Positions 1 through 13,770 are shown, counted from the stretch's first letter. The stretch: 64,000 nucleotides of DNA from Isurus oxyrinchus (GCA_026770705.1 JANJGN010000026.1:36456001-36520000); one strand, 5' to 3'. Notes: generated by a model from the letters alone, not told the origin. Made by a program: numbers and translations.

Positions 1-268
1 CCTCACTGCACATCAGCAATTCAAGCCGAATATTGGTTTCGGGACAATCAGAACACTTGGTGACAGACAAGGCACCAAAAGGATCGAAGGGAGACTGTAG
101 GAGAGCTGGTTCCAAGTGACACAGATGTGTCTGCAGTAGGTGGGATCAGACTGTTTCCATGTATCTAAATCAATGCCTTACATTTTATTTTGGAAAAGTA
201 AAACTCGTAGAGAACAATGATCATTCTGATAGTGGCAATCTGAAGCTTTAAGTACATATCTTGCGACT

Positions 269-342
269 TTTTCTGTGGTGCAATTGGTCAGCATGTTCGG
301 CTGTTAACTGGAAGGTTGGTAGTTCGAGACCACCTGGAGACG
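269..342 (+). pseudogene. tRNA-Asn(GTT)-like, probably pseudogene
   Basis: Closely follows the vertebrate tRNA-Asn sequence (TGTGGTGCAATTGGTCAGC...CTGTTAA anticodon loop...GTTCGAGACC). The G1 pair is lost and several stem pairs are G-T or mismatched. Confidence 0.75.
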
Positions 343-1225
343 AAGCTTTCACTGTTTATCAGCCCATCACATTCATCACCCCACAGCTCTGGGTTGTTAA
401 GGTGCATATTGTTTTCAAGCAAATAATCCACATTTCTGTTATTCAGTGACCCACACAAACGGTTGCTTTCTTATGAATATTTCAAATGTAAAGAGAAAAT
501 TATTAGGCCCACCATGTACCAATATCTAACCCATTGGAAAGATATGAAGTTATATGATTCAAACAAACCCATCAGTGATTCTCTCTTCCTCAGCTCCACA
601 GTGAGTGGGACAGGGAAGAGCGGAGAAGCGGCAATATTCCAGCCCCACACTCTCCAATCACCCGCTGCCAGCAGAAAGCGGCGTCAGCAGCTTCATTCAG
701 CGGGTTACTGTCCATCCCTGGGATGCAAGATACTCCAACACGGGCTAAACCTCCCAATACACAGAGCAGTCTCAGGCAAACATGGGTAGATTATATCCCG
801 GCCACTAAACCTCCGAGCAGCATTAACAGAATACCCGAGAGAGGGAGTCACAAATAAAAACGATGACAACTTTGTAAATCTTTTCACTGTGAAATTCTAT
901 CTTTTTATTTAAAAACTGACAGTTGTGAATCTGAAAATGAGCACCATGGGATTTGTGTTACCGACTGACTTGTTTTCCATTGTTTGTCCGACAGGTTTGC
1001 AACTCAATTTGTGTTGGAGATTGAAGCGAATCTGATTTCAAAATGGTTATAAAACAGATAAACATTAAATCCAGGAACAAATCCTGAGGAAATGGATCAC
1101 AATGTTTGAAAGGAGGTGCAGCTGAGAAGCAGAAGCTGTGAATGATGTTATTGATGATTGATGGGAAAGCATTGGACCCTTGGGCTTCAGGTGGTCAATT
1201 TCCTTCTCTCCCATTGCATTCAGAC

Positions 1226-1562
1226 AGTTATCTCACTGTGATGTTTTCCATTCCCACATTCGGAGCAGGTTAATGGCCTCTCCACAGTGTGAACTTGCTG
1301 GTGTCTCAGCCGATGGATGTATGAGTGAATCCCTTCCCACACATGGAGCAGGTTAATAACTTCCCACCAGTGTGACTGCATTAGTGAATTTCCAGCTAAG
1401 ATGGGTGACTCAATCCTTCCTCACATTCCCCACATTTTACAGATTCTCATCAGTGTAACCATGCTTGTATTTCAACAGGCCAGATGATGCCTTGAATCCT
1501 CGTCCACACACAGGACACGTGTACAGTTTCTCCCCACTGTGAACGGTGCTTTTTCCTTCCAT
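1226..1562 (-). pseudogene. C2H2 zinc-finger gene remnant
   Basis: The minus strand reads [23 protein letters not shown]... and later [19 protein letters not shown], with stops and frameshifts. The upstream segment 1563-1740 is homologous to 11350-11540 ahead of the second ZNF. Confidence 0.85.
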
Positions 1563-2139
1563 GTTCAAACTCTGATGATATTCAGGCTACGATAAACTGG
1601 GCGACTCAGCCAGATCCTAGTGTGATGTTGGTTTGAGTTTCCTGACTGCAAACCTTCCCCTCCTAATACCCTGTGAAAATGATTTAAAGCAGAAAAACTG
1701 GAGAGAGGGAGAACCCACAAAAACACAAAGGCAGGTTGTGAAATTGAACTGAAAATTTGGAAATTTGTGGGACAGACACTAGGGCAAAATGACATTCAAA
1801 GCTGTTGGATTGTCAAAACAATTCAACTGGTTGACTAATGTTCATCAGAGAAGGGAACCTTACACTCAGTCTGGGCCTACACAAGACCTCTATAGGAGGA
1901 GAGAGGCGGAGACAAAGAGGGAGATAGAGAGAGAAAATGAGGGAGAAATGCAAAAGGAGAGATAGAGAGTGACATAAGAGGGTAAGGTTCAGAGGGAGAG
2001 AGAGATAGAGAGAGAGAGAGGTGAGAGTGGCAGGGGTGAAAGAGAGGGATTTCATATCAGCTCGACCAGAACTTTAACAGAACGTCTCGAACCCTGAATC
2101 TACACCATCTAGAAGGAGCAAGGTAACAGGTGTACGCAA

Positions 2140-3075
2140 ACGCACACACCATCCTGACTTGTCTGGCATCCAGTGCTGCATGAACAGAAATGTCCTCCAA
2201 TTAAATATTGGAAAAATTAAAGCCATTGTCTTTAGCCCCTCCCACCGACCCCCCCCCCCCCCCCAACAACCACCACCACCACCACCCCCGACCCCTCCCC
2301 CCCACCCCCCCGGCACCCTACAAACGTCACTCCTTAGCCAATGGCTCCTTTCCTCTCCCCAGCAATTGTCTGAGGCTGAACCAGATTCTTCTAAAACTTG
2401 ATGTCATGCTTCAAACATATCTGCATCATCACAAAGACTGCCGATTCCCACCTCAGTAACATCACCGAACCCTGTCCTAGCCTCAGCTCATCCAGTTCTA
2501 AAACTCTCATCCATTCCTTTATTATCTCTCGACTTAACTACCCTAATGCACCCCAGGCCACATCCCACATTCACCTCCCCAGTGAACTTGAGGTGATGTA
2601 ACACTCTGCTACCCATGTGTTTGTTTGCAATAAGTCTTGCTCACTCATCACCTCTGTGCTCGCTGACCTAAAAAGACTCACGTTTAAGAAGCACCAAAAT
2701 TTTAAAATTCTCATCCTTGTTTTCAAATCCCTCTGGGGCTGCAATCACCCCTTTCTCTGCGATCTCCTCCAGGCCAACAACCCTTCAGGATCTCTGCACT
2801 GATCTAATCCTGATCTCTTGACCATTCTCAATTAATCAGTCCACCACTTGTTGCCATTTTTTAAGTTTCCGAGACCCCAAGCTCTGAAATTTCCTCCCTA
2901 AACCTCACCACATCTCTATTCACTTTCTTCTATTAAGATACTCCTTAGCCTTACTCTTTCACAAAGCTTTTGGTCACCTGCCCTAATGTCTCCTTATGTG
3001 GCTCGGTGTCAAATGTTGCTTTGTAATATTTCTACAAAATGCTTTGAAACATTCAGTTACATGAAAGATGCTATC
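2140..3075 (+). mobile_element. L2-clade LINE 3' fragment (degraded)
   Basis: Decayed RT C-terminal motifs (LQLNIGKIKAIVF, KTLIHSFIISRLNY, FKILILVFKSL). Interrupted by a poly-C tract. Confidence 0.7.
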
Positions 3076-3889
3076 TGAATACAAATTATTGTTAGTTTGG
3101 ATATATATTACTGTTCCTTCATCGCCACAGGGTGAAAGGTTCTGTAACTCCCTATCTAACAACATTGTGGGAGCACCTTCACACGGGTTGCAGAGGTTCA
3201 AGAAGGTCAAACATCATTTTCCTCACAGGTAAATGGGGATGGGCAATATCTGCTGCTGGCCTTGTTAGTGGCACTGAAATCTCAAGGATTGCCTGTGTCA
3301 GATGGGGCGGTCCTTCCTTTAAACTCCATCTGAGAGGAAAGTGACTGCTCCCGAGAGCTGTATGAGAGGAGGCAGCTCAGAGGCAGATGCTGAACACACT
3401 GCAGCCCGCATGGACATTACAAACTGCCCCCTTTCTTGGGTACTCATTGCTGGAGGCGTAGCAACCAGCACATAGAAACAGAAGCAGGCCATTCAGCCCC
3501 TCAAACCTGCTCCACCATTCTATTCGCTAAGCTCCCTTTTCCCATCTTTGTCAAATTACTTTTATATCTTTGCTTAACAAAATTCAATCTATTCATGTCT
3601 TGAAAAATTCAACTGACCACCAGCATTCACAGCTTTTTGGGGAGGTTGGTCCTGGTTCCCACAACTCTTGTCTGAACACGTTGTTCCTGATTTCACTCCA
3701 GGTTCTACTGTTTTGATTCTGCCCCCTTGTTCTCGATTCCCCAGCAGAGCAAATGTTTTCCCTGTATCTACCCTCACAAACACATTGATCATTTTAAAAA
3801 ACAGCATATCACCCCTGAAACTTCAATATTTCATGAAATATAAACCAATTTTCTGCAGCCTGTTCACCTTGAAGTGCAGCAGCATTGAC

Positions 3890-4170
3890 TTTAATAATTG
3901 GAGGAGCTTTCTACCAACTGTTCAGAATGGCGACAACTTATCCATCAAGCTGCATCACACTTTGAGTCACAGTGTCTTCATGATGAGGCACAGCAGCAGA
4001 GAAGTGAAATCAAATGCTGTGCTTCAGATCCCAATACTTCATGGATGTCCTGCCCCATGAGTCCAAATATCTGCAGGTCAAGAATCAGTCTGTTCATTTG
4101 CAAGAAGACCCATGGCAGAAACTCACCACCCTGAGTAGACATCATCCTTGAATCGAGAGGCTGCTGACAA
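3890..4170 (+). mobile_element. RTE-like LINE 3' end (paralog at ~10040-10320)
   Basis: Contains a CPMSPNICRSRISLFICKKTH zinc-knuckle-like C-terminus followed by a GAGTAGACATCATCC...GAGxGACTGCTGAC tail. A second similar copy lies at 10040-10320. Confidence 0.55.
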
Positions 4171-5149
4171 AGTATTAAACAACAACTAACACAGGCACTT
4201 GAGCACTGAGAGAATACACATAGATGGACAGGTTGTTTAACAGAATTCTGACCACAGAAAGTTCATTCCAGTGAAGCCAGACTGAACATGAAGATAAGGC
4301 AGAAATAGAGGCAGATATGATAGCCCAAGGTTAAACATAATGCAAACTGAATTAGAATCACCATTGGAGCAGCTTTATTAGATTCACAATAACTAAGCAT
4401 AATAAACAGAGGCCTTTCACTGTAGGATAATGAAAATACTGGACAAAGATAGGAATAGTTTCATTCTGAGGGGTTGAGGAGAGGCTTGGTAGAGGATAGA
4501 CAAAGGGTGTGGCTTCTGCAGCTACTGCAGTTCTGCACTCTCACAAGGAAGGGGGTGTTTAGATTATGTAAGTGTCACCATTAAGCTGCAAACATAAAAT
4601 CAAGGCTTTATTTAAGCAATGAAATGGATATAGAAATGAAGAGGCCCTGTCAGTTCAATGGAACTTGAGGGATTTAGGGTTATTAATAAAAATGAAACAT
4701 TCTCGCCTCTGAGCCAGAAACTCCTCTGCAGACAGTGCTGGAGAGTGAAGTCGACTCTCCAGCTCATTCTGAGTTGACATCAGGCAGGATAGGTGTATCT
4801 GGCGGGTCTGGCTGTTCTCTCCCATTGGGTGAGCTGATCAAACTCTCCCGGCTGATGCCGGAACAAGAAACCGGCTGGAATTAAATGGTTCCAAACACGG
4901 AAGGGTGGTTAACAGCCTGCGAATTCTTCCACTAATTCACACTGTTCTCCAAGGGATGAATTCAAAGAGAAACAATCACTACGCCCTGTCATTTCCCGAA
5001 ATAATTCCTGCTGCCTGTCCTGACTGAATCCATTTCAGCAACAAATGTTGATATGTTTGCTTCACACCCACAGGTGTGGACAGTTTCATCTGTTTAAAGC
5101 CACAAACAGAAAGGTCCAGTTTTCTCCTGGAGTTTGAGACAAATCAGCT

Positions 5150-5560
5150 TTCAAAATGATGCCGTTTCTGGCAATGAGGGCGATCCGGACTCAGCCCCGC
5201 CCCTCATTCACTCCAATTGCTTGGAGGACCAGTCACTTTCGCTTGGTCCTCTAGTCCAGCCCCGTCTTCCTATTGGTCCCGAGTTGGCGTCAATCAGTCT
5301 CCGGGCATTGTGTGATTTGAGCATGCGCACACCATAGCGACGAACGGTAAAGACAGCTTGAGCGAGCGGGTTTAAAATGGAGGGTTTACAAAGACCGAAT
5401 GCGGATCCAGAGCCCAAAATAAAACCTGCAACATTTTCTACTTAAGACGCGACTAGAAACCGTAAACATTATCCCTGACTTCCCGGTTTCTCCCGCTCAT
5501 GTCTGACTTTGGAGTGAGTCCGGCGAGGCCCCAGCGCATGTGCAATGTCAGCTCATTCAG
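5150..5560. promoter_or_regulatory. CpG-rich promoter-like segment, possibly for the minus-strand ZNF
   Basis: Local CpG enrichment, GC box GCCCCGCCC (~5194), ATTGG/CCAAT box and an NRF1-like GCATGCGCA (~5320). Confidence 0.45.
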
Positions 5561-6399
5561 GAAGCGTCTGTAAATGGAGAGAAAGTGGTAAAAGTTAGGG
5601 AGCGTCTCTAAAAATGGTGATTGTCAGGAAATGTCTGCAAATGAAGGAAATAATGACTGAGCATGGAGTGCTTAAAAAGCAAGGGATCGTGCTGATGAAC
5701 AGGGAATGTCTGTAAAGAATCATTGAGTCATAGAATTGTATAACACTGTTACCAGAGAAGAAGATGATGCTTGACCTTGAACCTTCGCAGTCTGTGTGGT
5801 AAACTGCTCCCACATTTCTGTGAGATAAGGAGTTACAGGAATTTCACTCAGTGATGATGAAGGAATGGTGACATGTTCAAATCATCAACAATAATGTGTG
5901 TTTATATGGCGCCTTTCTTGTAATAGAAAACTCCAAAGTGTTTCACAGGAGTTTTATGAAGCAATTTTTGCCACTGAGCCCACAGAAGGAGATGTTTGGC
6001 TAGATGACCAAAAGTTTGGTCAGAGATAGGTTTTAAGAATTATCTTGGAGGGTATGCGGCTGGATAAAATCACAGAGATAGGAAGGAGCGATATCCTGAA
6101 GAGATTTGAGAACAAAAATGATAAATTTAAAATTTAAGTGCTTCTTAGCCTGGAAACGTACCTCAGCGAGCATGATGGTGATGAGTAAACAAGACTTGGT
6201 GGAGTAAGCACATGGGCAGCAGAGTTTTGAATGACCTCAAGATCACAGGGAGGTTTAATGTGGGAGACCGGCTGGGATTCCGTTAGGATAGTTGTCTATA
6301 GGTAACAAATGAATAGATAAGAATTTCAATTGCATAGCAACTGAGACTAGGATGGAGTTGGATGATACTGAGGTGGAAATGGGCAGTCTTGGTGATGAT

Positions 6400-7608
6400 A
6401 AAGGGGAGCCTGTAGACAAACTGTACTTGGATTTCCAGAAGGCATTTGATAAAATGCCACATCAAAGGTTATCACGACAAATAAAAGCTCATGGTGTAGG
6501 ATGTAACATGTTAGTATGGATAGAATATTGGCTGGCTGGCAGAAAACAGAGAGTATGCATAAATTGGTCTTTGTTGATTGGCAGGATGTGATGAGTGGAG
6601 TCCCACAGGATCTGTGCTGGCACCTCAACTTTTTACAATTGATATCAATGACTTAGATGAGGGGAGAGAAGCCATTGTAGCTAAATTTGCAGATGACATG
6701 AAGATATGTAGGAATGTATGTTGTGAAGAGGACATAAGGAGGTTGCAGACGCATATAAATAGGCTGACTGATTGGGCAGAGATCTGGCAAATGGAGTTTA
6801 ATATTGGAAAATGTGAAGTTGTTCACTTTAGCAGGAAGAATAAAAAAATAGAGTGTTACTTAAATGGAGAATGACTGCAGAATTCCAAGGTGCAGAGGGA
6901 TATAGGTGTTCTAGTGCATGAGGCGCAAAAAGTTAGTATGCAGGTATAGCAAGTAGTTAAGAAGGCTAAGGGAATACTTTTCTTTATTACGAGAGGAATT
7001 GAACATCAAAGCAAGGATGTTATGCTTCAGTTATACAGGGCATTGGTGAGACCACATATCAAATACAGTGTGCAGTTTTTGGTCTCTTATTCAAAGAAAG
7101 ATGTAAATACATTGGAGGTGGTTCAAAGGAGGTTTACTAGATTGCTACCTGGATGAGCGGGTTGTCTTTTGAGGATAGGTTGGACAGGTTGGGCTTGTTT
7201 CCACTGGAGATTAGAAAAGGGAGGGGTGACTTGATTGAAGTATATAAGATCCTGAATGGTCTTGACAAGGTGGATATGCAAAGGATGTTTCCTCTTGTGG
7301 GTGAGTCCAGAACTAGGGGCATTGTTTTGAAATTAGGAGACACCCTTTTAGGTCAGAGATGAGGAGAATTTTTTTCTCTGAGGACTCTGGAACTCCCTGC
7401 CTCAGAAGTCAGTGGTGGTGGAGTCATTAAATATTTTTAAGGCAGAGTTAGATAGATTCTTGTTAGGCACAGGAATCAAAGTTTATCGGGGGTAGATGGG
7501 AATGTGGAATTTGAAATGCAAGTAATCAGTCATGATTATATTGAATGGCGGCGTGGGCTCAAGGGGCTGAATGACCTAGTTATTCTCCTATTTTGCATGT
7601 TCGCATGA
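6400..7608 (+). mobile_element. CR1 LINE, 5'-truncated (RT + 3' end)
   Basis: Motifs LYLDFQKAFD, KFADDMK, WQMEFNIGKC and RGDLIEVYKILNG, with frameshifts and a typical CR1 3' tail. Confidence 0.92.
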
Positions 7609-7767
7609 TGCAGATATGTGGTTTGAAGGTCAGTTTGGGGTGAAACATGACACCAATGTTGTGAACAGTCTGGTTCAGTCTCAGACAGTTGCTGGGGAGA
7701 TGATGGAGTCTGTGGCTGTGGAGTGGAGAAGGGACTGAAGACAATGGTTTCAGTTATCAGGGAGACG

Positions 7768-8510
7768 TTGGCATAGTGGTATTGTCACTGGACAAGTAAT
7801 TCAGAGATCAGGGTAATGCTTGAGGGACCCAGGTTCAAATCCCACCACAACATCAGGCTTTCACCAAGACACCTTACACAGCACCTTCCAAACCCACAGC
7901 CACAACTACCTAGGAGGACAAGGACAGCAGATAGATGGGAACACCACCACCTGGAGGTTCCCCTCCAAGTAACTCATCATCCTGACTTGGAAATATATTG
8001 CCGTTTCTTCACTGTCACTGGGTCAAAATCCTGGAACTCCCTTCCTAACAGCACTGTGAGTGTACCTACACCACATGGACTGCAGCGGTTCAAGAAGGCA
8101 GCTCAACCCATCTTCTCAAGGGCAACTAGGAATGGGGAATAAACACTGGCCCAGCCAGCGAAGCCCATGAGTGAATAAAAAAAACTTTACAAGACAGATG
8201 GTGGAATTTAATTTCAATGAAAAGTCTAATGTTGGCAACAAAATCATTGTCGATAGTCGTAAAAACCCATCTAGTTCACTAATGTCCTTTAGAGGAGGAA
8301 ATCTGCCATCCTTACCTGGTCTGGCCTACGTGTGACTCCACAAGAATGTGATTGACTCTGAAATGCCCTCAGTAGTATCAAACCACGACTGGAAAATGAT
8401 TAAGAAATGAAACCAGACCACCCGGCATCAGCCCAGGCACCAGAAGCGACAAAGGCAAACTCAGCCCTGTCAACCCGATGAAGTCCTCCATATTAACATC
8501 GGCAGGCTGG
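7768..8510 (+). mobile_element. tRNA-derived SINE with a nested, oppositely oriented repeat fragment
   Basis: A-box-like GGCATAGTGG and B-box GGTTCAAATCC. The SINE body resumes at ~8195 after an insert ending in a short poly-A. Confidence 0.55.
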
Positions 8511-9258
8511 TGCCAAGAATGAGAGAGCTGTCTCACAGAGGAGTTAAGCAACAGCCTGACATACTCATATTCACGAAACCATAGTTCTTGTGGAGACAAA
8601 GTCCTGTCTTTACATTGACGATACCCTCCATTATGTTGTCTGGTATATAACCCTAGATCTCAAACAGATCATGCAACCATGAGGTGCTGTGAGCCATCGG
8701 CAGCAGCAGAATTGTACTCAATCACAGTCTTCAATTTTGCCTTGAATCATCATCCTCTTGATCATTTACTCAGTCTTCCATCCTATCGCAGACCATTTGT
8801 TCTTTCCTCCTCTCCCCCTCTCTTTTACCTGACCCTATATTTGCTGGAAAAGTATTAAATCTTTCACTCTTTCCTGTTTGGATAAAGGGTCACCGATGTG
8901 AAACATTCACTCTGTTTACCTCTCCATAGATACTGTTTGACCTGCTGAGTGTTTCCAACATTTTCTGTTTTGAGGTCAATTTCTAGCATCTGCAGTATTT
9001 TTTGGGGGGCCACTGTGTTTTCTCTCACTTATTGTTACCTGTTTAAAGGTGAAGAAGAGCTTCTAAAGAATGAAACAGCTGTAATTGTCTTGAAGGGTCA
9101 TTCGGACTTGAAATGTTAACTGTGCTCCTCTCCACAAATGCTGCCAGACCTGCTGAGTTTTTCCAGGTATTTTTGTTTTTGTTTTAGTAAGTATCACCCT
9201 GTTCGACATGAAACTAAACTGATTGTTAATTCCTCATCGGTAATAATTTTAAACACAA

Positions 9259-9329
9259 AGTTTTGGCCGGGATTGAACCGGGGACTCTCTCATGTAAAGT
9301 CAATGTGATAATCACTGCACTGGGGAAAT
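9259..9329 (-). pseudogene. tRNA-Val(TAC)-like pseudogene
   Basis: The reverse complement TTTCCCCAGTGCAGTGATTATCACATTGACTTTACATGAGAGAGTCCCCGGTTCAATCCCGGCCAAAAC resembles tRNA-Val, with broken stems. Confidence 0.65.
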
Positions 9330-9419
9330 GAGTGTGAATCCCCCCCGGACAGAGGGGAACTGACCATCCATCTCTAGCTCTAATTCCCAAACAGAAAATG
9401 CTGCCAAGAATCAGCAAGT

Positions 9420-9690
9420 CAGGCTGAGTCTGTGGCCGCTCTCAGCGTCTGAAACCGTTACAATTGACGGTTGCTCCGGACCAATAGGAAAAGGGGGCAG
9501 GACTGGGGGACATGCGTGCGCGAGAGGCTGGCCCTGCAACCAATGAGGAGGTGGGGCTGACTGAAGCATGTGCATTGTGGATAATGGGGGTCCACAATGG
9601 GTAAAGAGTGGGGATGGCGGGGCGGAGGGAGCGATGGACGAAGACATGTTGTGTAAACCCGCAGCCGTGTTCAACTCGGGCTAAAGGCCC
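9420..9690 (+). promoter_or_regulatory. CpG-rich promoter-like segment upstream of the plus-strand ZNF
   Basis: Two CCAAT boxes (9481, 9540), an NRF1-like CATGCGTGCGC and a GC box GGGGCGG (~9619). Confidence 0.45.
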
Positions 9691-11540
9691 CAATGTTTTT
9701 TATTCATTCCTGGGATGTGGGTGTCCGTGGCTGCAGCCAGCAGTTACTGGCCATTCCTAAGTGCCCTTGTTCAGAGGGCAGTTCAGGATCATCACATTGC
9801 TGTGGGGTCTGGGGTCACAGATAGGCCAGACCAGGTAAGGGTTTTTATAACTATCAACAATGGTTTCATGGTCTTTAGACTTTTAATTCCAGATTTTTAT
9901 TGAATTCAAATTTCACCATCTGCTGTGGTGGGAATTGATCCCAGAGGCCACAGCATTACTCTGGGTCTCTTGAATATGAGTACGTCACAATGCCACTATG
10001 CCACCACAATGGGCACATGTAGGGGGCAATGTTTTAATGACTGCGAGGAGCTTGTTACCCATTGTTCAAAATGATGACAACTTGTCCATCAAGCTGTATT
10101 AACCTTTGAGCTGATCAATAATGTCTTATTGATGAGGCAAAGCAGCAGCAGAGAAGGCAAGCAAAGGAAGAAAATCCTGCTCTCCTGATCTCACTACCTC
10201 ATAGACGACCTGCCCCATGTGTCCAAAGATCTGTGTGTCTGTTCAGTCACATGAAGACCAATGGCAAAAACTCACAACCCTGAGTAGACATCACCCTCTA
10301 ATCGAGGGACTGCTGACGACAATGAGGGACAATGTGCAGAGGACGCATGTGAGGTCAATCTGGACCAGGAAGGAGGAGGAGAGAATGTTGTGAATTTCTA
10401 TCCTGGAATGGATTTTGGAAACTCCTTTTACAGGGGGTTAGAAGGGGAGGATTTATGCACAGCAAACTCAAAGCAAGAAAAATATTTGTCTCCTCTGAAT
10501 TTCCATCCTGGACTGATAGTGATTGTTTCTATAAACTCATGGGGTACCGGAAGCAGAGGTCTTTTTTAAGGAGTATCTTAAAGGAGGAAAGGAAGATAGA
10601 GAGGCAGACAGGATTAGTAATGAAATCTCAGAGTTTATGGCCTTGGCAGCTACAGGTACCAAATGTGGAGCAAATGAAATCAGGAATTGTCAGGACGTCA
10701 GAAGTAGAGGAGTGCAGATATCTCAGAGGTAACAAAGGAATGGATGATGGTTTCAGCAGCAAATGGGCTGAGACTTGGGTGGAGTCTGGTGATGTTACTA
10801 GTCTTCATGATGATGCAGGTATGTGGTTGGAGCTTGTCTTGGGGTCAAATATGACACCAATGTTTTGAAGGATCTCCTTCAGCCTCAGGCAGTTGACAGA
10901 GAGGGGGCTGGAGTCAGTGCCTAGGGAGTGAAGTTTGTAGTGGGGACTGAGGACAATGTCTTCAGCCTTCTCAATATTTAAATGGAGGAAAATTCTCCTC
11001 ATCCACTGCTGGGTGTTGGGCAGGTCAGGATGGTGTGTGACTTGGAGGGGAACCTGGAGGTGATGGTGTTCACATACACCCGCTACCCTGGTCCTTCTAG
11101 GTGGTGGAGATTGAGGATTCATGAGATTCTGTTAAAGTTCTGGTCGATTTGCACAAAATTAAATAATATTCCTCTCCTCTGATTCTGCTCCCAGCTTCTT
11201 TCACTCTTCTCCCCCCATATTCCAGAGTCTTGTGTAGGACGAGACTGGGTGGCATGTTTCCTGAAGCATATTAGTGAACCAGCTGGGGTTTTACGACAAT
11301 CCAGCAGTTTTCATGGTCATATTTTCCTAGTGTCAGCCCCACAAATCGCCAGATTCATTCAGCTCAATTTCACAATCTGTCTTTGTGTTTTTGTGGGGTC
11401 TCTTTTTTCTGTTTTAAATTATTTTGATAGGTTTTTAGAAGGGGAGGTTTTCGAATCCGGAAACTCAAACCAAGCATCACATCAGGATCTGACAGAGTCA
11501 TCCAATTTATCATAATCTTAAACATCATCAGATTTTGAAC

Positions 11541-12325
11541 ATGGAAGGAGAAAGCACCATTCACAGCAGAGAGAAACCGCACACGTGCCCTGTGTGTGGA
11601 CGAGGCTTCAGCCGATCATATGGCCTGTCGAAACACAAGTGCAGTCATGCAGGGGAGAAACCATGGAAATGTGGAGACTGTGGGAAGGGATTCAGATCCT
11701 CTTCTGAGTTGGATACTCATTAACGCACTCACACTGGGGAGAAGCCGTTCATCTGCTCCATATGTGGGAAGGGATTCATTTGGTCAGCAAACCTGCTGAC
11801 ACACCAGCATGTTCACACTGGGGAGAGACCGTTCACCTGCTCCGAGTGTGGGAAGGGATTCACTCATTTATCGTCCCTGCTGAGACACCAGCGAGTTCAC
11901 ACTGGAGAGAGGCCATTCACATGCTCTGCGTGTGGGAAAGGATTCACTGATGCATCCAACCTGTTGAGACACCAGCAAGTTCATACTGACAAGAGACTTT
12001 TTAAATGCCCAGACTGTGGGAAGTGCTTTAAAAGTTCTGGGGTCTGATGTCGCATCAGCATGTTCACACTGATGAGAGACCTTTTAATTGTCCAGAATGT
12101 GGGAAATGCTATAAAAGGTTCTGGGAACTAATGTTCCATCAACGTGTTCACACTGACAAGAGACCGTTCAGGTGCTCTCACTGTGGGACTGGGTTCAGGA
12201 GATCACCTGAACTCACTGTACACCAGCGAGTTCACACTGGGGAGAGACTGTTCACCTGCCCCGAGTGTGGGAAGAGATTCACACGGTCATCCATCCTGAT
12301 GAGACACCAGCAAGTTCACAACTAA
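11541..12325 (+). pseudogene. Multi-finger C2H2 (Kruppel-type) zinc-finger pseudogene, ~9 fingers
   Basis: Repeated HTGEK/RPF-C-x2-C-GKGF units. In-frame TAA at 11721-11723 and a frameshift near 12040. Confidence 0.9.
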
Positions 12326-12327
12326 CT

Positions 12328-12464
12328 CTTTCGAGTACAAACACGTTTCCATCTGTTTCCGATGAAGTTACATTGTTTCATAGTTTGTCATTGTGAGATT
12401 TGAACTCTTGATCTTGGGGTTACAAACCCAGTACCATAACCACTTGGCTATTTAGGCCAAACCC
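12328..12464 (-). mobile_element. Short tRNA-derived SINE inserted at the ZNF stop codon
   Basis: The minus strand has a tRNA-like head (TAGCCAAGTGG ... TTGTAA loop ... GAGTTCAAATC). It is flanked by the near-perfect direct repeat CACAA(C/G)TAACT at 12317-12327 and 12465-12475. Confidence 0.7.
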
Positions 12465-12649
12465 CACAAGTAACTACAGTGATTGGATTTCGCTGTTAAT
12501 CACATTCAGGACTGAACCATGTTCTTTGGGGTCTATTTCTGCTGAATGTTAATCAACTCCAAACCAGTTGTAGTTGTTAGTGTTGTTGAAATTTAAAAAA
12601 GATTAGTTTTGTGTAAAGTACACAGTGAGGCGAATCTTTTTAATCTCTC

Positions 12650-13770
12650 TAACTCACGAAGTTCCCTTTGAAGGGCTCTCCCTCTCCTCTGTCTTCTCCA
12701 TACTCACCCCCAACAAGTGTGAGGAGCTCATGGAGCTTCTTTGTCACTAAGATTGAGACAATCCCATCTGTTGACTCTGCTGCTTCCCTCTCATCCACTG
12801 GCCAATCGGGCAAAACTATCTTTAAAGCTCCTCCTTGTCCGAGCCCTGAACTTACATCTTTCCCCAGTTTCTCTTCTATCTCTCCCTCATTCCCTTCAGT
12901 GCTCATCTTATCCATGAGACCCACCTTCTGCTCCACTGACTCTAGTCCCACTAAGCTGCTGACCATTCAACTCTCGCTCTCTCCTGGTACTATCCCTCTA
13001 TCTTTAATCCACCATCATCACCCATTCTATAAAAAAAAAATCTTTAACCCCATCTCCAACTCCCTTTCCTCTCCAATGTCCTTGTACTTGGTGTCCCCCA
13101 AGGATCTATCCTTGGACCCTCCTGTTTCTCATCTACCCACTGCCACTAGGTGACACCATCCAAAAGCACCACATAAGGTTTCAAATGTACACTGACAACT
13201 CTACCTCACCACCATCCCTCTCCATTCCTCCAATTACTAAATTATCAAACTACTTATCCGACATCCAGTACTGAAATAAGCAGAAATTTCCTCCAATTAA
13301 CAATTTGGAAGTCTTCAGTCACCATAATAAATTCTGTTCCCTAACTACCAAGTCCATCCCTCTCCCTGGGAACTGTCTGAGGCTGAACCACACTCTTCAT
13401 AATCTTGGTGTCATATTTCACCCCAAGATGAGTTTCTGACCACATACCCGCACCATCACGAATACCAGATATTTCAATCTCCATAACGTCACCTGTCTCC
13501 CCCCGCACCCCAGCTCATGTGCTACTGAAACCCTCATCCATGCCCATGTTACCTTTAGACTTGACAATTCCAATTGACCAACCTCAATACATTCACCACA
13601 CCCCCACATGGAACCGTGAGATCATCCAAAACTCTGCTGCCTGTGTGCTTTCTCACATCAAGTCCTGTTCATCCATCACCCCTGTGCTCACTGACCTACA
13701 TCGGCTCCTGGTCAAACAATGCCTCGATTTTAAAATTCACATTCTTGATTTCAAATCCCTCCATGGCCGT
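12650..13770 (+). mobile_element. L2-clade LINE fragment
   Basis: GVPQGSILGP RT motif at ~13090 and the same C-terminal motifs as the 2140-3075 copy. Confidence 0.75.

Noticed and set aside
1813-2459. Pro/Gly/Leu-Ser-rich ORFs (also 22043-22551 and 31388-31594)
   Set aside because: They are products of (GA)n/(CT)n microsatellites and poly-C tracts.
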